64,000 bases of DNA, from assembly GCA_963514005.1 (NCBI GenBank), contig OY740784.1, positions 100,254,001 to 100,318,000 of the forward strand, given 5' to 3'. This stretch comes from Raja brachyura. Lineage: Eukaryota. Position numbers and translations under genes: made by a program. Positions 1 through 12,270 of this stretch are shown here, piece after piece. The notes under the pieces were generated by a model. That model had not been told where the DNA came from, ran no database searches, and was given only the letters and a program-made list of their open reading frames with translations. How positions within the stretch are numbered: the first letter of the stretch is position 1; the number at the start of each line of letters is the position of its first letter.

Positions 1-1460
1 GGACTCCCCCAACATTGGGAACAATCTTCCAGCATCTAACTTGTCCAACCCCTTAAGAATTTTGTACGTTTCTATAAGATCCCCCCTCAATCTTCTAAAT
101 TCCAGCGAGTACAAGCTGAGTCTATCCAATCTTTCCTCATATGAAAGTCCTGACATCAGAGGAATCAGTCTGGTGAATCTTCTCTGTACCCCCTCTATGG
201 CAAGGATGTATTTCCTCAGATTTGGAGACCAAACCTGTACGCAATACTCCAGGTGTGGCCTCACCAAAACCCTGTACAACTGCAGTAGAACCTCCCTGCT
301 CCTATACTCAAATCCTTTCGCTGTGAATGCTAACATACCATTTGCTTTCTTCACTGCCTGCTGCACCTGCATGCCTACTTTCAATGACTGGTGTACCATG
401 ACACCCAGGTCTCGTTGCATCTCCCCCTTTCCTAATCTGCCACCATTCAGATAATAGTCTACCCTCATGTTTTTGCCACCAAAGTGGATAACCTCACATT
501 TATCCACATTATACTGCATCTGCCATGCATCTGCCCATTCACTCAGCCTATCCAAATCACCCTGCAGCCTCCAAGCATCCTCCTCACACCTAACTATACC
601 CCCCAGCTTGGTGTCATCTGCAAATTTGGAGATGTTGCATTGAATTCCCTCGTCCAAATCATTAATATATATTGTAAATAGCTGGGGTCCCAGCACTGAA
701 CCTTGCGGTACCCCACTAGTCACTGCCTGCCATTCTGAAAAGGACCCGTTTACTCCTACCCTTTGCCTCCTGTCTGCTAGCCAGTTCTCTATCCACATCA
801 ATATTGAACCCCCAATACCGTGTGCTTTAAGTTTGTATGCTAATCTCTTATGCGGGACCTTGTCGAAAGCCTTCTGAAAGTCTAGATATAACACAGCCAC
901 TGGTTCTCCCTTATCCACTCTACTAGTTACATCCTCGAAAATTCTATCAGATTTGTCAGACATGATTTACCTTTCGTAAATCCATGCTGACTTTGTCCAA
1001 TGATTTCACCAATTTCCAAATAAGCTGCTATCCCATCTTTAATAACTGACTCTAGCAGTTTCCCCACTACCGATGTTAGACTAACTGGTCTGTAATTCCC
1101 CGCTTTCTCTCTCCCTCCTTTTTTAAAAAGTGGGATTACATTAGTTACTCTCCAATCCTCAGGAACTACTCCAGAATCTAAGGAATTTTGAAAAATTATC
1201 ACTAATGCATCCACTATTTCTGTGGCTACCTCCTTGAGTACTCTGGGATGCAGACTATCTGGCCCTGGGGATTTATCGGCCTTCAATCCGTTCAATTTAC
1301 CCAACACCACCTCCCGGCTAACCTGGATTTTACTCAGTTCCTCCATCTTATTTGACCCCCTTCCACTGCTATTTCCGGCAGATTATTTATGTCTTCCTTA
1401 GTGAAGACAGAACCAAAGTAGTTATTCAATTGGTCTGCCATGTCCTTGTTCCCCATGATC
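1..1460 (-). mobile_element. CR1-clade LINE, ORF2 reverse transcriptase fragment (decayed; runs off window start)
   Basis: Minus ORF 927-1346 has KSPGPDSLHPRVLKE, PLFKKG, GNYRPVSLTSVVGKLLE and [14 protein letters not shown], all typical CR1 RT motifs; frameshifted continuation toward position 1. Confidence 0.93.
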
Positions 1461-2019
1461 AGGTGGGGATCCATTATTCCACTCTTCCTCATAAATTTGT
1501 CAAAACAGAGGTAACATGCTGGAGACAGAATGGTTCCTTACAGATCAGACCTCACCTGCTCATTGACATCATTCCATTATTTACGACAGATAATGACGGC
1601 AGAGTCAAGCATCATTATTTAAGAGACTATTTAACTGTGAAGTCCTCCTTCCATTCCCTAAATAGATTAGGGACAGCTTTACATTACAGCCATGTGAGGT
1701 TCACTAGAATTATAAACACTTGCATTTGCTCTATATGTTTGAAAGATAGGGTCTTCCATCTGCTGAAGAGGAAGAGATGAGAATTGAAGATCATCCACAT
1801 CTGCAGGAACCAATTAGATTTGATGCCATTTTACATTTACTGAGAGAAAATCATTAACCTAGTTTATTTTACATGATGCACTGTTTAACAAAATAATATT
1901 TACAATGTTTAATCACCAAAAATTGAGAGTTCTAGAGAGCTTAAAAATATAATTCATGAAAGTCTTATCAACAAATAATATTCCTTATCTGACCAGGACT
2001 ATATATTGATGAAGGGTGG

Positions 2020-2653
2020 TGGTGCTGCTGCTCCGGGCACGTAAGGAGGGAAAGGAGTGGCACCCTCAAGATCCTTGTGAGGTGAGGAGGGAGAGAAGGG
2101 GTACTGAGGGAGAGGAGGGGGTAGGAGGGAAAGTGGTGGGTGGTGGGGGGGGGGGGGGAGGAGGGAGAATGGGGGAGAAGGCAGAATAGAGGGAGATAAA
2201 GGAGATTGGGGGAGATACGGATTGGGGAATAGAGGGAGAGGAGGGCAGTGGGGGAGATGAGGAGGGATAGTGGGTGATAGGGGGAGGTGAGGAGTGGGGA
2301 GGTGGGGGATAGAGGGATAGGAGGAGGGTATGGAGGGGAGAGGAGTTATGGAGGGAGGGAGGGGAATGACTGAAGGTAGGAGAAAGGAGAGTGAGGGAGA
2401 GATTGGGGGAGGGGATGAGGAGAGGGGAAAGAAGAGGGAAGATGAAGTGGAGTGAGAGGGAGTGCTGGGGAATGAGGGGAAATGAGCCGCGCCTGCTCAG
2501 TTGGGGGATATGAGTGAGTGGTGGAATATTGCGTTGGGGAACAGGTTACATTGGGGCTATGTGTGAGCAGTGGAATATTGTGTTGGGGAATGGGTTGCGT
2601 TGGTGACCAGGCCCCCTGTGTGACAGGGACCCAATGCATCCCACATGGCCTAG
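2020..2653 (+). mobile_element. Purine-rich non-autonomous repeat with a Helitron-like 3' end
   Basis: GA-rich low-complexity tract at ~2040-2470, short subterminal repeats (GTGGAATATTG x2, GTTGGGGAA), then an imperfect hairpin GGGACCC-AAT-GCATCCC just upstream of terminal CTAG (2650-2653) followed by T. Confidence 0.45.
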
Positions 2654-4814
2654 TGTTTCATTATCCATCTTAGCACATCTACCCGTCCACATTCAAACAC
2701 TTGACCCGAGGATCTCTGCGACATTTTCCCATGGAAACCCTGGGCTTATACTATTACAGCTATTCCTTTGGTCCCATCCTTCCAACCAACCACTTTCCCA
2801 GCAACTTAAAATTAACATGATTTTCTCTCTTTCCCAATTTTGCTGGTTTAGTCGACTTGAATCATTAATTCTGTGTTCTTTACCATGTGCCTGCAGAATG
2901 TTTTCTGTGTTTTATTGTTGTGTTTTGGAATGCATGAACTATGTGTGGTGAACCCATAGCAATTGGCAACTTTCATACTGAAATTGAATAATTGAGATTG
3001 AAGATTTACAGGACTGCCAAGAAGGAGCACATTTTCAGTGCTAATAAGACAGCTGAACCAAGGTTTCTCACAGGAACAATAGACCAAAGGCCCTTTGTGC
3101 TACATCAGTTAATGATTATTTAAAATAAGAAACTAATTATGCTGGGGGGAGGGTTTGCCCCAATAAAGGGCCAATTTAGTAAATCAGCAATATGGAGTAA
3201 TAGAAATCTCGTATTCTTCCCTTGAAAGGAAGAAGCTACATTGATTGAAAGTTTGTGCTCAATGTTACATAATTAACACAGATAAATGGAACTAAACAGA
3301 TCAATCATGTCCCACTAAATAACCATGTAATATTTTGTCGCTTTAAGAATTTCCATCTAACTTTCCAATTAACTCCAAACCTTTCCTTATGTTTTATGGT
3401 AAGGCAGGCTGGGACTGAAGAGGCAAATATTATATTTTTTCGTATTGACTTCATTTCACATCTCTTCATTTATATTATTTGGACTAAAGAATAATTTATT
3501 GATGAATCAGGAATTGACGATTATTTTACTATGCATAAGAAATTTGCATTGCCTGAAATGTTTGCAGTATATATGCATTGTCAAAAGCAGAATTAACTTT
3601 ATGTACTTGCTGCTTACATTACCTGCATTTGTATTTCCTTTTAGTGTTCCATGCCATATGTTCAACTTTTTAGTGGAGGTTGGTTCCACAAAGATAAATG
3701 CCTTTGTCATTTTCATGCGTTAAGAGAATGTATACGCAGGAAAGATCTAAGCAGTCTTTCACCTGGACAACTTTATCAAATCACTAACCTGTGCTATTTT
3801 TTGGCTTTTGATAGCACAGTCACACTGTTCACACAGTTACATTATCTCCATCCCTTGAATGCTAAAGTGTTATTACATATTACATTCAGTTTGTATGCAA
3901 ACATAGCCTTCACAAAAGCTTCTGAGAAACTTGTGGCTTCATCCACAAAGAACATGAGGGATTCAATCACTGAAAATGGTCTTAGCAACTGAACATGGGC
4001 ATGTATAAGACTTATTCCTGGATTTTGTTTTCTCTATTAGCTAGGGAAGCACAGACCTAAGGGTAAGTAGGGGTTTCTTTGATTGAAAAAATAGAGTTCT
4101 CCAATGAAATGTACTCTGGGATCAAGATATAAAGAGTATTTGGTTATTCATTGAAGATAAAATACGGGCAAAGCCAGTAGAAGGTACAACATTAAGGAAG
4201 AAAGGAGACAACAGTAGGATTTTCTGAAGGGTTTGTGAAGGACAAATGTGACAAATTTAACAAACATATATAACGTGGAAAATGTAGAGCAGGGAACCAT
4301 AAATCAATGGAACGAAAGAGCAGGCCAACCACAAGCACAAAGAAGATATTACTCTCGGAGAATGCCATGAAGAGATGAAGTGGGATCCTGTTCTAAAATT
4401 CCAGTGTTTGAAACATGAAAGCTCTTTTAGCAAATTATGTGAACAGCTGAAAATCTCTATTTTACCTGAATTTGACATGATTGTTTTAGCAGGCTGTCCT
4501 GACGTGAAGAACTCCTCAATTGTTTCATAGGATAAGAATTTCAAAGATCAACTAGAAATTCTGTAGAACCCCAAAGTGAAAATGTTTTCAGACTTCCAAG
4601 AAGTTCATGAATGATATCTGCCACAATGCCAGCAGAAAGGCAGGGTAACTACAATTCCTTCTCTCGTGGAATAGATAGGATTCATGTCACCCCGGTATCA
4701 CACCATCACACGCAATAGGGGTGTTGGTGAATTTTGTTATGTATGTTCAACAATCAAACAATTTATATGTACTCATTCACAGAATTTGGGTTTCTCAGGG
4801 AAGCACTAAATTGT

Positions 4815-5135
4815 ATTAACCCATCCCTAAGTGCCTGACCAGGATGGTAGTGGTCGGGCGTTGAGAGTTGGTTTCAATAAGCAAACTAATTGTCAACTAT
4901 AGTTACCTGTCTAGAGTCACATATTGCCCAGGGTGACAACTTCCCTTCCTTGAAGGTCATAGGTAGTAAGGTTGAATTTTTTAGAAGTAATGTCTTGGTC
5001 CAGATTATTGATAAGAGCCTTTTCTAAAAAGAAAACCCAGAATTTAAATTCCCCCTCCGGTCTGGTGGGATTTGGACTATAACCGGCAAATCATTAGTAT
5101 AGATCCTCTGGGCTATTGGTAACATAACCATCATA
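4815..5135 (-). mobile_element. Ancient, highly decayed SINE-like repeat
   Basis: Resembles old chondrichthyan tRNA-derived SINEs (GAATTTAAATTCC...GGTGGGATTTG...GTAACATAACCA); recognised by eye only. Confidence 0.4.
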
Positions 5136-6519
5136 CGATTGAAAATGTAATTTCTAAATTGAAAATTGATTTGAAGGTATTCAGCAAACACAAACCTAAG
5201 GAAGGTTGCTGAATCGAGCTTCCTATTATGTTGTGTTTAACACTAAGAGAATGCATTCTTTTTAGATGTTAAATAAATCAAGGCAAGCTTGTGCAAGAAC
5301 ATGATATTAAAATAAAATATCACCTTTGATATTATGGAAATATATAGGATTAGAACAAGCGGACAAATGGACTGCTCATGCTTCTTCATACATTCCTCTA
5401 TACTTAAGTAACAATTTAAACTAGGAGCCAGAAGATGCATCCTGATTGTCCTGTTGACATTGAATTTCCTTTCTCGGCTAGCCAAGTGAAAATATGTCAA
5501 ATAATTACATTGAGAGTAGAATTTCTCAATATCAGGTGCCTCCGACAAGTCTTGTTGAATTTATCTGTTTGGATGTTCAATGACTGCCTTTTCAATCTAT
5601 TCAGCCTTTTTATGTCCACTTTAAAATTTTACTGCACTTCCTGAACAGTTGTACGGTGTGAAGTTTACTACCTCATTTTAAACAGAGGATTCACTGTCTG
5701 GATTTCTATTCATCGCAAATACTTCCTGCACTGTGCCTGTCCCAATTTAAATATAACAAGAATAAATAAATGTGTTCTGAGCAAAAAGGGAATGCATGAA
5801 AAAAGATCTATCTTTGGTATTGCATGGTTTTATAGAAATTAGTTCACTGATTTTTGTTGGTGTGTAATATTTAGTTTTACTAACCAGTGGGCAGAAAGCA
5901 TTGTTTCATTACTCACAGGGAAACCTGAACATCATATGACCATGTAATTTATTGCTTTAGGTAAAATGCTTTGCCTACACAGTCAATAATGGGGATGTTT
6001 TAATTCTCGGCCTCTGCCATTTTGCTGGCAGACAGTACCACAGAAAGGCATCGGAAGCTGCATTTGAATGTGAATTGTGCGACTGCCAGGAATAAATGGA
6101 GTGTTATCGAAAAAGACAAAAGTAACACACAAGAGATGAGCAATATATAAACAGAGCAGGGGCATGTGAAATATTGAGGGAGCAACTGAGAATCATTTAA
6201 AGTAAATGGTGGGCTAGGAGAAATTCGCATCATCAACAAGATTGATTGGATCCGAGCCAGTTGCTCGGGCTTTACCAGCTGCAAATGCTATCAATGCAGA
6301 GCCACTGCCATTAAAGGAGAAAACCTGTCTATATTACTGTGTAAAGCTTTGAAAGATGAGACTGCTAAGAATAAAATATCCAAACTTGACTGCTGCTGCA
6401 GCAAAACACAAAGTGTAGGAGGAATAATGCTGGAGGATGATACTCAATGTATACCATGGATTGGTCAGGCAAGATAAGTAAAGGATATGAAACAAAAGAA
6501 CTGAGGCGCTGGAATGGGT

Positions 6520-6822
6520 TTAGATTGATTGATTGAAAGATGTAAAATGGAACTGGCTCGTCGATTCATCGCGCGCACACCGACCATCAATCACTCATTC
6601 ACGCTATTTCTTGTTATCCCACTTTTGCAATTACTCCCTACACAAAATGGCAATTTACAGAGGCCAACTAACCTCAGATGCATACGCTTTGGGAGTGTGG
6701 GCGGAAACCAGAACAGCTAGAAGAAACTTACATAGCCACAGGGAAAATGTGCAAATTCATAAAGAGAGCACCCAAGGTCAGCATCGAACCTGCGCTCTAT
6801 CAACTGCACTTCTGTGCCACCC
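6520..6822 (-). mobile_element. HE1/V-type tRNA-derived SINE (decayed)
   Basis: B-box-like GGTTCGATGC on minus strand near 6782-6791, V-domain-like middle, short tandem (TGAT)n tail at the left end. Confidence 0.65.
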
Positions 6823-7351
6823 CTTAAAACTGGTGAATCCATGGCTTTATTCAAAAGCCAAAATGGAAGATACTAGATTTCACCACACTATGTTTTGTGT
6901 GATACAGTGTGTTTTGTGTGATTTCAGTGAGTGAAAAATTAAATAAAATGAAAAATGTGAGAGTCGACCCAACATCTAGCATACCCTGACGTGCAATGAT
7001 ATGCAATACATGTCTGCACCTCACTGCCATAAGTTTCAGTTATGCACGTGTGGCCTGTGCCATTTATGGTCTGTGACTGCAAAGGAAGTTTTTTCCAGCA
7101 GCTGTGAAACCTGCTTCAGTGTGAATGACAAGGACCTGGCCAAGCAGGAGCAACTTGGGAAACTGACTCGGGTGGCCTGACACTTACCCATTGCTTTGTT
7201 ACTCTCTCTCTCTTGATGATGGAAATTTTGAAAATTTGTAAGGAAAATTAATAGATAAAAAATGGCCAAATTAAGGATGTTGGTTGGGCAATAAATATAT
7301 TGATCATAGTGTTTAGGTTCCACAGCATAACTAGTTTAGTTAACATGTGTA

Positions 7352-7577
7352 TGGAGGAACTGCAGATGCTGGTTTACAGTGAGGATAGACACAAAAACCT
7401 GGAATAACTCGGTGGGTTAGACAGCATCTTCAGTCTGAAGAAGGGTCTCGACCAAAATGTTTACCTATTCCTTTTCTCCAGAGATGCTTTCTGATCCACT
7501 GAGTGCTCTCCAGAGAAAGCTTCTCCAGAGATGCTTTCTGATCCACTGAGTTACTCCATCTTTTTGTGTCTATCTTT
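7352..7577. mobile_element. Inverted pair of Penelope terminal-repeat fragments with a degenerate hammerhead core
   Basis: GATAGACACAAAAACCTGGAATAACTC (left) is inverted relative to GAGTTACTCCATCTTTTTGTGTCTATC (right); CTGAAGAAGGGTCTCGACCAAAATGT at ~7435; internal ~37-bp duplication CTCCAGAGATGCTTTCTGATCCACTGAGT. Confidence 0.7.
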
Positions 7578-8570
7578 AGTTTAGTTAAAATATACACTGG
7601 GGCCTGTAAACACTTGAGGGTAATACAACTAATCAAGGGGTACTGACATTTATAATACCTATTTGTTTTCCAAATGCAAAGAGGGGTATACTAAGTAACA
7701 GGGCGCATCAGGTTAAATATAACTCTGGAAAAAGACAAAGATGAAAGGTATCAGAGACATTGATCAATGACATGTAAAAATGTAGAATCCACAAAAAAAC
7801 ATTATGTTATAATATAAAAATCCTGTAGGTACTGTGAATCTTTGATACCCTTTTGGTTCTCTCAGAGTGTTTTTCAGTGCACACTGATAAGGCCTTCAAT
7901 AAACTGACTTGTTTGGAAAACTCACCACTGATCTACAAGATGTTTTATTTTGTGTTTGTGCCTATTTGATCTGGGACCCAAATAAAGCCAGATACAGGAT
8001 ACGGGTATAACACAAACTTCCACCTTTACTCCCAGTCGCCCTGTCTATACCCAGCCATGTGAACCTCACCCAACTTATCCCCCAGTCGGTGATCCATGTG
8101 TTTGGACAAACAACCCCTTGACCTTTGATCATTTTCTCTTCCATCCTTCCTGAATCCTAAAACTAACCCCCAAACCTGCTAACCACTGAAAGCATCCACG
8201 ACTACCAATTATACTTGTAGACACACCAAACCTTCCAGCTTTACCTTGCAGACCCACCTCCCTCAGCACCAAACTAGTTCCCACCATTGCCCAAGGGGGC
8301 AAGGAGAAGGAAATAAAGATGTTAGCCAATAAATTGGATTGCTTTGTTCTATTTTAATATACAAAGTGCACTAAAAATAATTTAGTATGCAGTTCATCAC
8401 ACCAGAGGAAAGATAAGGTGAAATCACTACCATTACATAACAGGACTGGGAACTTTTGAACACAGGTCAATTCATGCATATAATGTTTTTCCTGTGTCAG
8501 ACTTGCAACCAATGATCTCACTACATTCACAATGCCCATTGCCACACTTTCAACATAAATTAAAGCTTTA

Positions 8571-9128
8571 AGGGCCTGTCCTACCAGCATCCGACTCCAT
8601 GCGATGAGCATGATTAAACTAGAAGCGGGGGCTGCGCGGAGGTCGGGTGATCCCCTGTACAGGGCCGTTCCCACCAGCATGCGCCTGCATGCGGCAAGTG
8701 CGACCAAACCGGCAGCAAGGGTCGCGCGGAGGTCGGGTGAGTGGGGCGAACTTGGAGCGAAGTCTTAAGGTAAGTTCGCCAGGACAGAGAGGGGCACACA
8801 GAGAGGGGCACAGAGGCACACACACAGAGGGCCACGAAGCCACACACATAGAGGGTCACGGAGGCACCTACAGATAGGTTCACGGAGGCACGACGTCGAG
8901 GCGGTGTGTAATGCGTCGAGGCGACTACGAGCCGACAAGCTATTGCCGTGCGGAATTTTTGAACATAGTCAGTTTTTCGGAGCCCCGCGCGATGTTGGGA
9001 TGAACTCCGCACAATTCCGCACGGCTCCGGCGATCGAAGGGGGACCGGCCCCGTGACGCCGGACAGCTCAAGCGACCACGTTAGGTCGCGCTCGTCGCAT
9101 GGAGTTGCATGCTTGTAGGACAGGCCCT
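8571..9128. mobile_element. PIF/Harbinger-type MITE
   Basis: ~34-bp TIRs AGGGCCTGTCCTAC(C/A)AGCAT..ACTCCATGCGA; TTA target duplication at 8568-8570 and 9129-9131; CpG-rich non-coding interior. Confidence 0.88.
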
Positions 9129-10840
9129 TTAGAGTGCAACCCATGACTGTCAGACAACATCATTAATACCATTGGCTATAAATTGAGCAGCGTTGTTACT
9201 ACTATTATTATTTATTGGGACAATCTGCTGACATTGAAAGCACTGACTGCACAGCTTCAGAGGCTACTGCAGGCTGTTCGAACATTTTCATTAGTCCACC
9301 GTGTGTACTACTGGTAGTGAGTGTTTTCTCAGATATTTAGGCATTGATGTACTCGTCTAGTGGGTGCTTCAATAGTGACCCTGATTATAGTAGTCCATTA
9401 ACTATAGTCCATTGATTACCTTTCCAAGTGAGTCTTTTCAGTGTTTGCAAATATATCGTGGCTCCCTCGTTCCCTTGTTTCTGCTCACTTAGAGCCAATG
9501 ACATGTTGTTGACTTCAATGGCAAGGAAGGATTGTCTAGCTTCAAGGGGGAGACTGAATATGAGCAGTAAAACTGTTTACCTCCATCTGTGCCTCTGAGA
9601 AACTGTCACCTGGACCAGGAGGTGCAATGTGATGAGAGTGTCTGATCCTCAGCAAATAAGTATATGTGGCCTCCAAAGTGAAAATCAAGGACCACTGGCA
9701 CCTGACAAACTTCTGAAAGAGAAGGGGATTTTAAAAAACATCAGAAATAAATATTATTTAAGAAAATATAAACAAGAAACACAAAGCAGTACATTGCTTT
9801 CTTTACATTCACAGTTGTCAACTCTATACATTTGTAGTGTCATCAGGTGATGACATATTTATGTACATGTTGTCACTTTAAAAGATACACTCTTCAAGTA
9901 TTTGCCGAGCTGTTACACAGGACATAGACCCTCAGTGGTGGCAGGACCTTGGATTGGCATCTTTCCCCACAAAGCCTTTGCATTGACTGCGCAAAGCTTT
10001 AATGTGTCCCTTAGCATGTACTCCTGCAGCCTGAAGCATGCTAATTGGCAGCATCTACTGCAGACATCTCATTTTACAGGAAGACTAATACATTTCAGGC
10101 AGACCATTATTTAACCCCCCCATCACCTGTAACCACCTATCTATCACTTGCTAGACTTTGTCCCATCCCCACCTCTCTTTTCCAGCTTTCTCCCCCAACT
10201 ACAATTAATCTGAAGAAAGGTCCCGATTCAAACCATCACCTGTCCATTCCCTCCACAAACGCTGCCTGACCCATTGAGTTCCTCCAGCACTTTGTTGTTT
10301 AGATCAAAGTATGGGATCCATTGAGTTGATAATTTTTCAGCAGCACTTACTGTTTATCTTATGGGCCTGTCCCACTAGGGCAATTTTTCAGCGGACTGCC
10401 GGCGACTGTCAAGTTGCCGGCAGTCGCCTGAAAAACCGGGAACTGGAACGACAACTGTCAGATTGGAACACACACAAACGCATCACAAAGGCGGGGTCCA
10501 GGGCATGCGGGGGGGAGCGCTGTCTGAAATTCACATGGTGCAAAGTCAAGGTGATACAGACACACACTGCGATGAACAGGAATGTTGGTGCTGTAATTAA
10601 GACAGCGAGCACAGTGTACAGTAAATCCTTTAAACGAAGGGGAGGAGAGACGGGGGCGCTGGTGAGCAGTGACATGTAGGGACGTGTTTTCCTGAGCTCT
10701 TGCCCAGGGCAAACTTTTTTTACTAGTAACTCTTTTTCTATTAACCTCAGAAGACTTGGGTTTAAGATATGCGTTATTGAACTGCAGGTGCACCAAATTA
10801 GATATTTTGCATTTGCATATTGACAGCGTTTATAGATGCC

Positions 10841-11658
10841 ATGGGCAAAACAAAGTCTGACAAGGACAAGGCCGCTAAAGCCTCGGGTTCCCAAGATGGT
10901 GAGTCTGCCAACTTGTCTGAAGTAATGGCTGCCATAACAAACAGTGAAAGCAGGATCTTGGCATGAATAGATTCAAGCACCAAAGACTTGAATGCTAAAA
11001 TAGACTCTATAAGGGACGACATGGGGAAACAAGACACCCGTTTGAAAGAGCTGGAGGGCGGTCTGAATACATACTCCAACAAGACGACGAAACTTGAGGG
11101 GGAAAGGAACCAGGTAAAGTCAGAAGTTGCCATGCTACGCCTAAAACTAGATGACCTGGAGGGACGACAACACCTGCGCAATGCGGGCATCGTCGGGATA
11201 AAAGAGGGATTCGAGACCGGCGGAGACCAACGGCCTACGGATTATTTCGCTAAGAAGTTACGGGAGCTACTGAGCCTCGACTTTACTGGACTCCCGACCA
11301 AGCTCACTGTAGCCTACGTCCTCCACCCAACGCAGGAGAACCTCCGAGGGTCATCGTGGTAAAGTTCCATTACTACCGAGAGATAAGTGAAGTTTTCCGA
11401 AAAGCTGCCCGCTTGGCCCCGCTGACCCTAAATGACAAGCGAGTGAGCATTTTCCCGGATTACACCGCAGCGGTGGCTAAAAACAGAGCGGCCTTCTCTG
11501 AAGCTAAGCTGCTACTCCGGACCTGCCAGGGCATAAAGTTTGGAATCCTGTAGCCTGCGACTCTCCGTATCTCGTTGTCGACCGGCCAAGATAAGCAGTT
11601 TGGAGACCCGTTGGAGGCGGTGGACTACATCAGGAAGAATCTTAAGCCCCAAGACTGA
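10841..11658 (+). pseudogene. L1 ORF1p (coiled coil + RRM/CTD), with stops and frameshifts
   Basis: MGKTKSDK...; LKLDDLEGRQHLRNAGIVGIKEG, VKFHYY and VSIFPDYTAAVAKNRAAF match L1 ORF1 motifs. Confidence 0.85.
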
Positions 11659-12270
11659 GATATCGACATGCTCATAATAGCGGCTAACTGGTGTTGGTGG
11701 CTAACCGGCATTAGCGGCTAACCAGCACTGATGGCCAAGTGCTGGCAGCTAGTGCAACAGACTGGCAAGGAGTCGAGATGTAGGGTAAAGTTACAGTTCG
11801 AGTTTGACGTTTTTTCATTATTCAACAGTCATATTCCCAAATTCACGTGTAATGTTGCCTTTATTGATTAATACAGATGTGTTTCAATAATGACTAATCC
11901 ATCTGAAAAAAATATATTTTTAATATTCTACAAGGTCATTTAGTGTTTGGAAATTATCCTGATGACCGTGTTTCACTGACCTATAAGGGGACTGCTATGA
12001 TAACTGTTGTGCAGAGGTTAATGCACATATTTTTCAATCAGAAATATTGTAAGTTCATTGTAATATAATCTCTATAAGATTATGGTTCACCCTGTTTAGG
12101 GCTCATTGTTAGAGGGTTTTCTTTTTAATATGGTTATTTGCTATGTTACACTGGTAGTGAGGGATGCGATCTCTAGGGTACTGGTAGATCAGCAGGGGTT
12201 TTTAAGGCTCTGTTTTTTGTTTGTAGGCATGGACTTGCTTTTTACTTTCTTACTATCCTGTAAAAAATGT

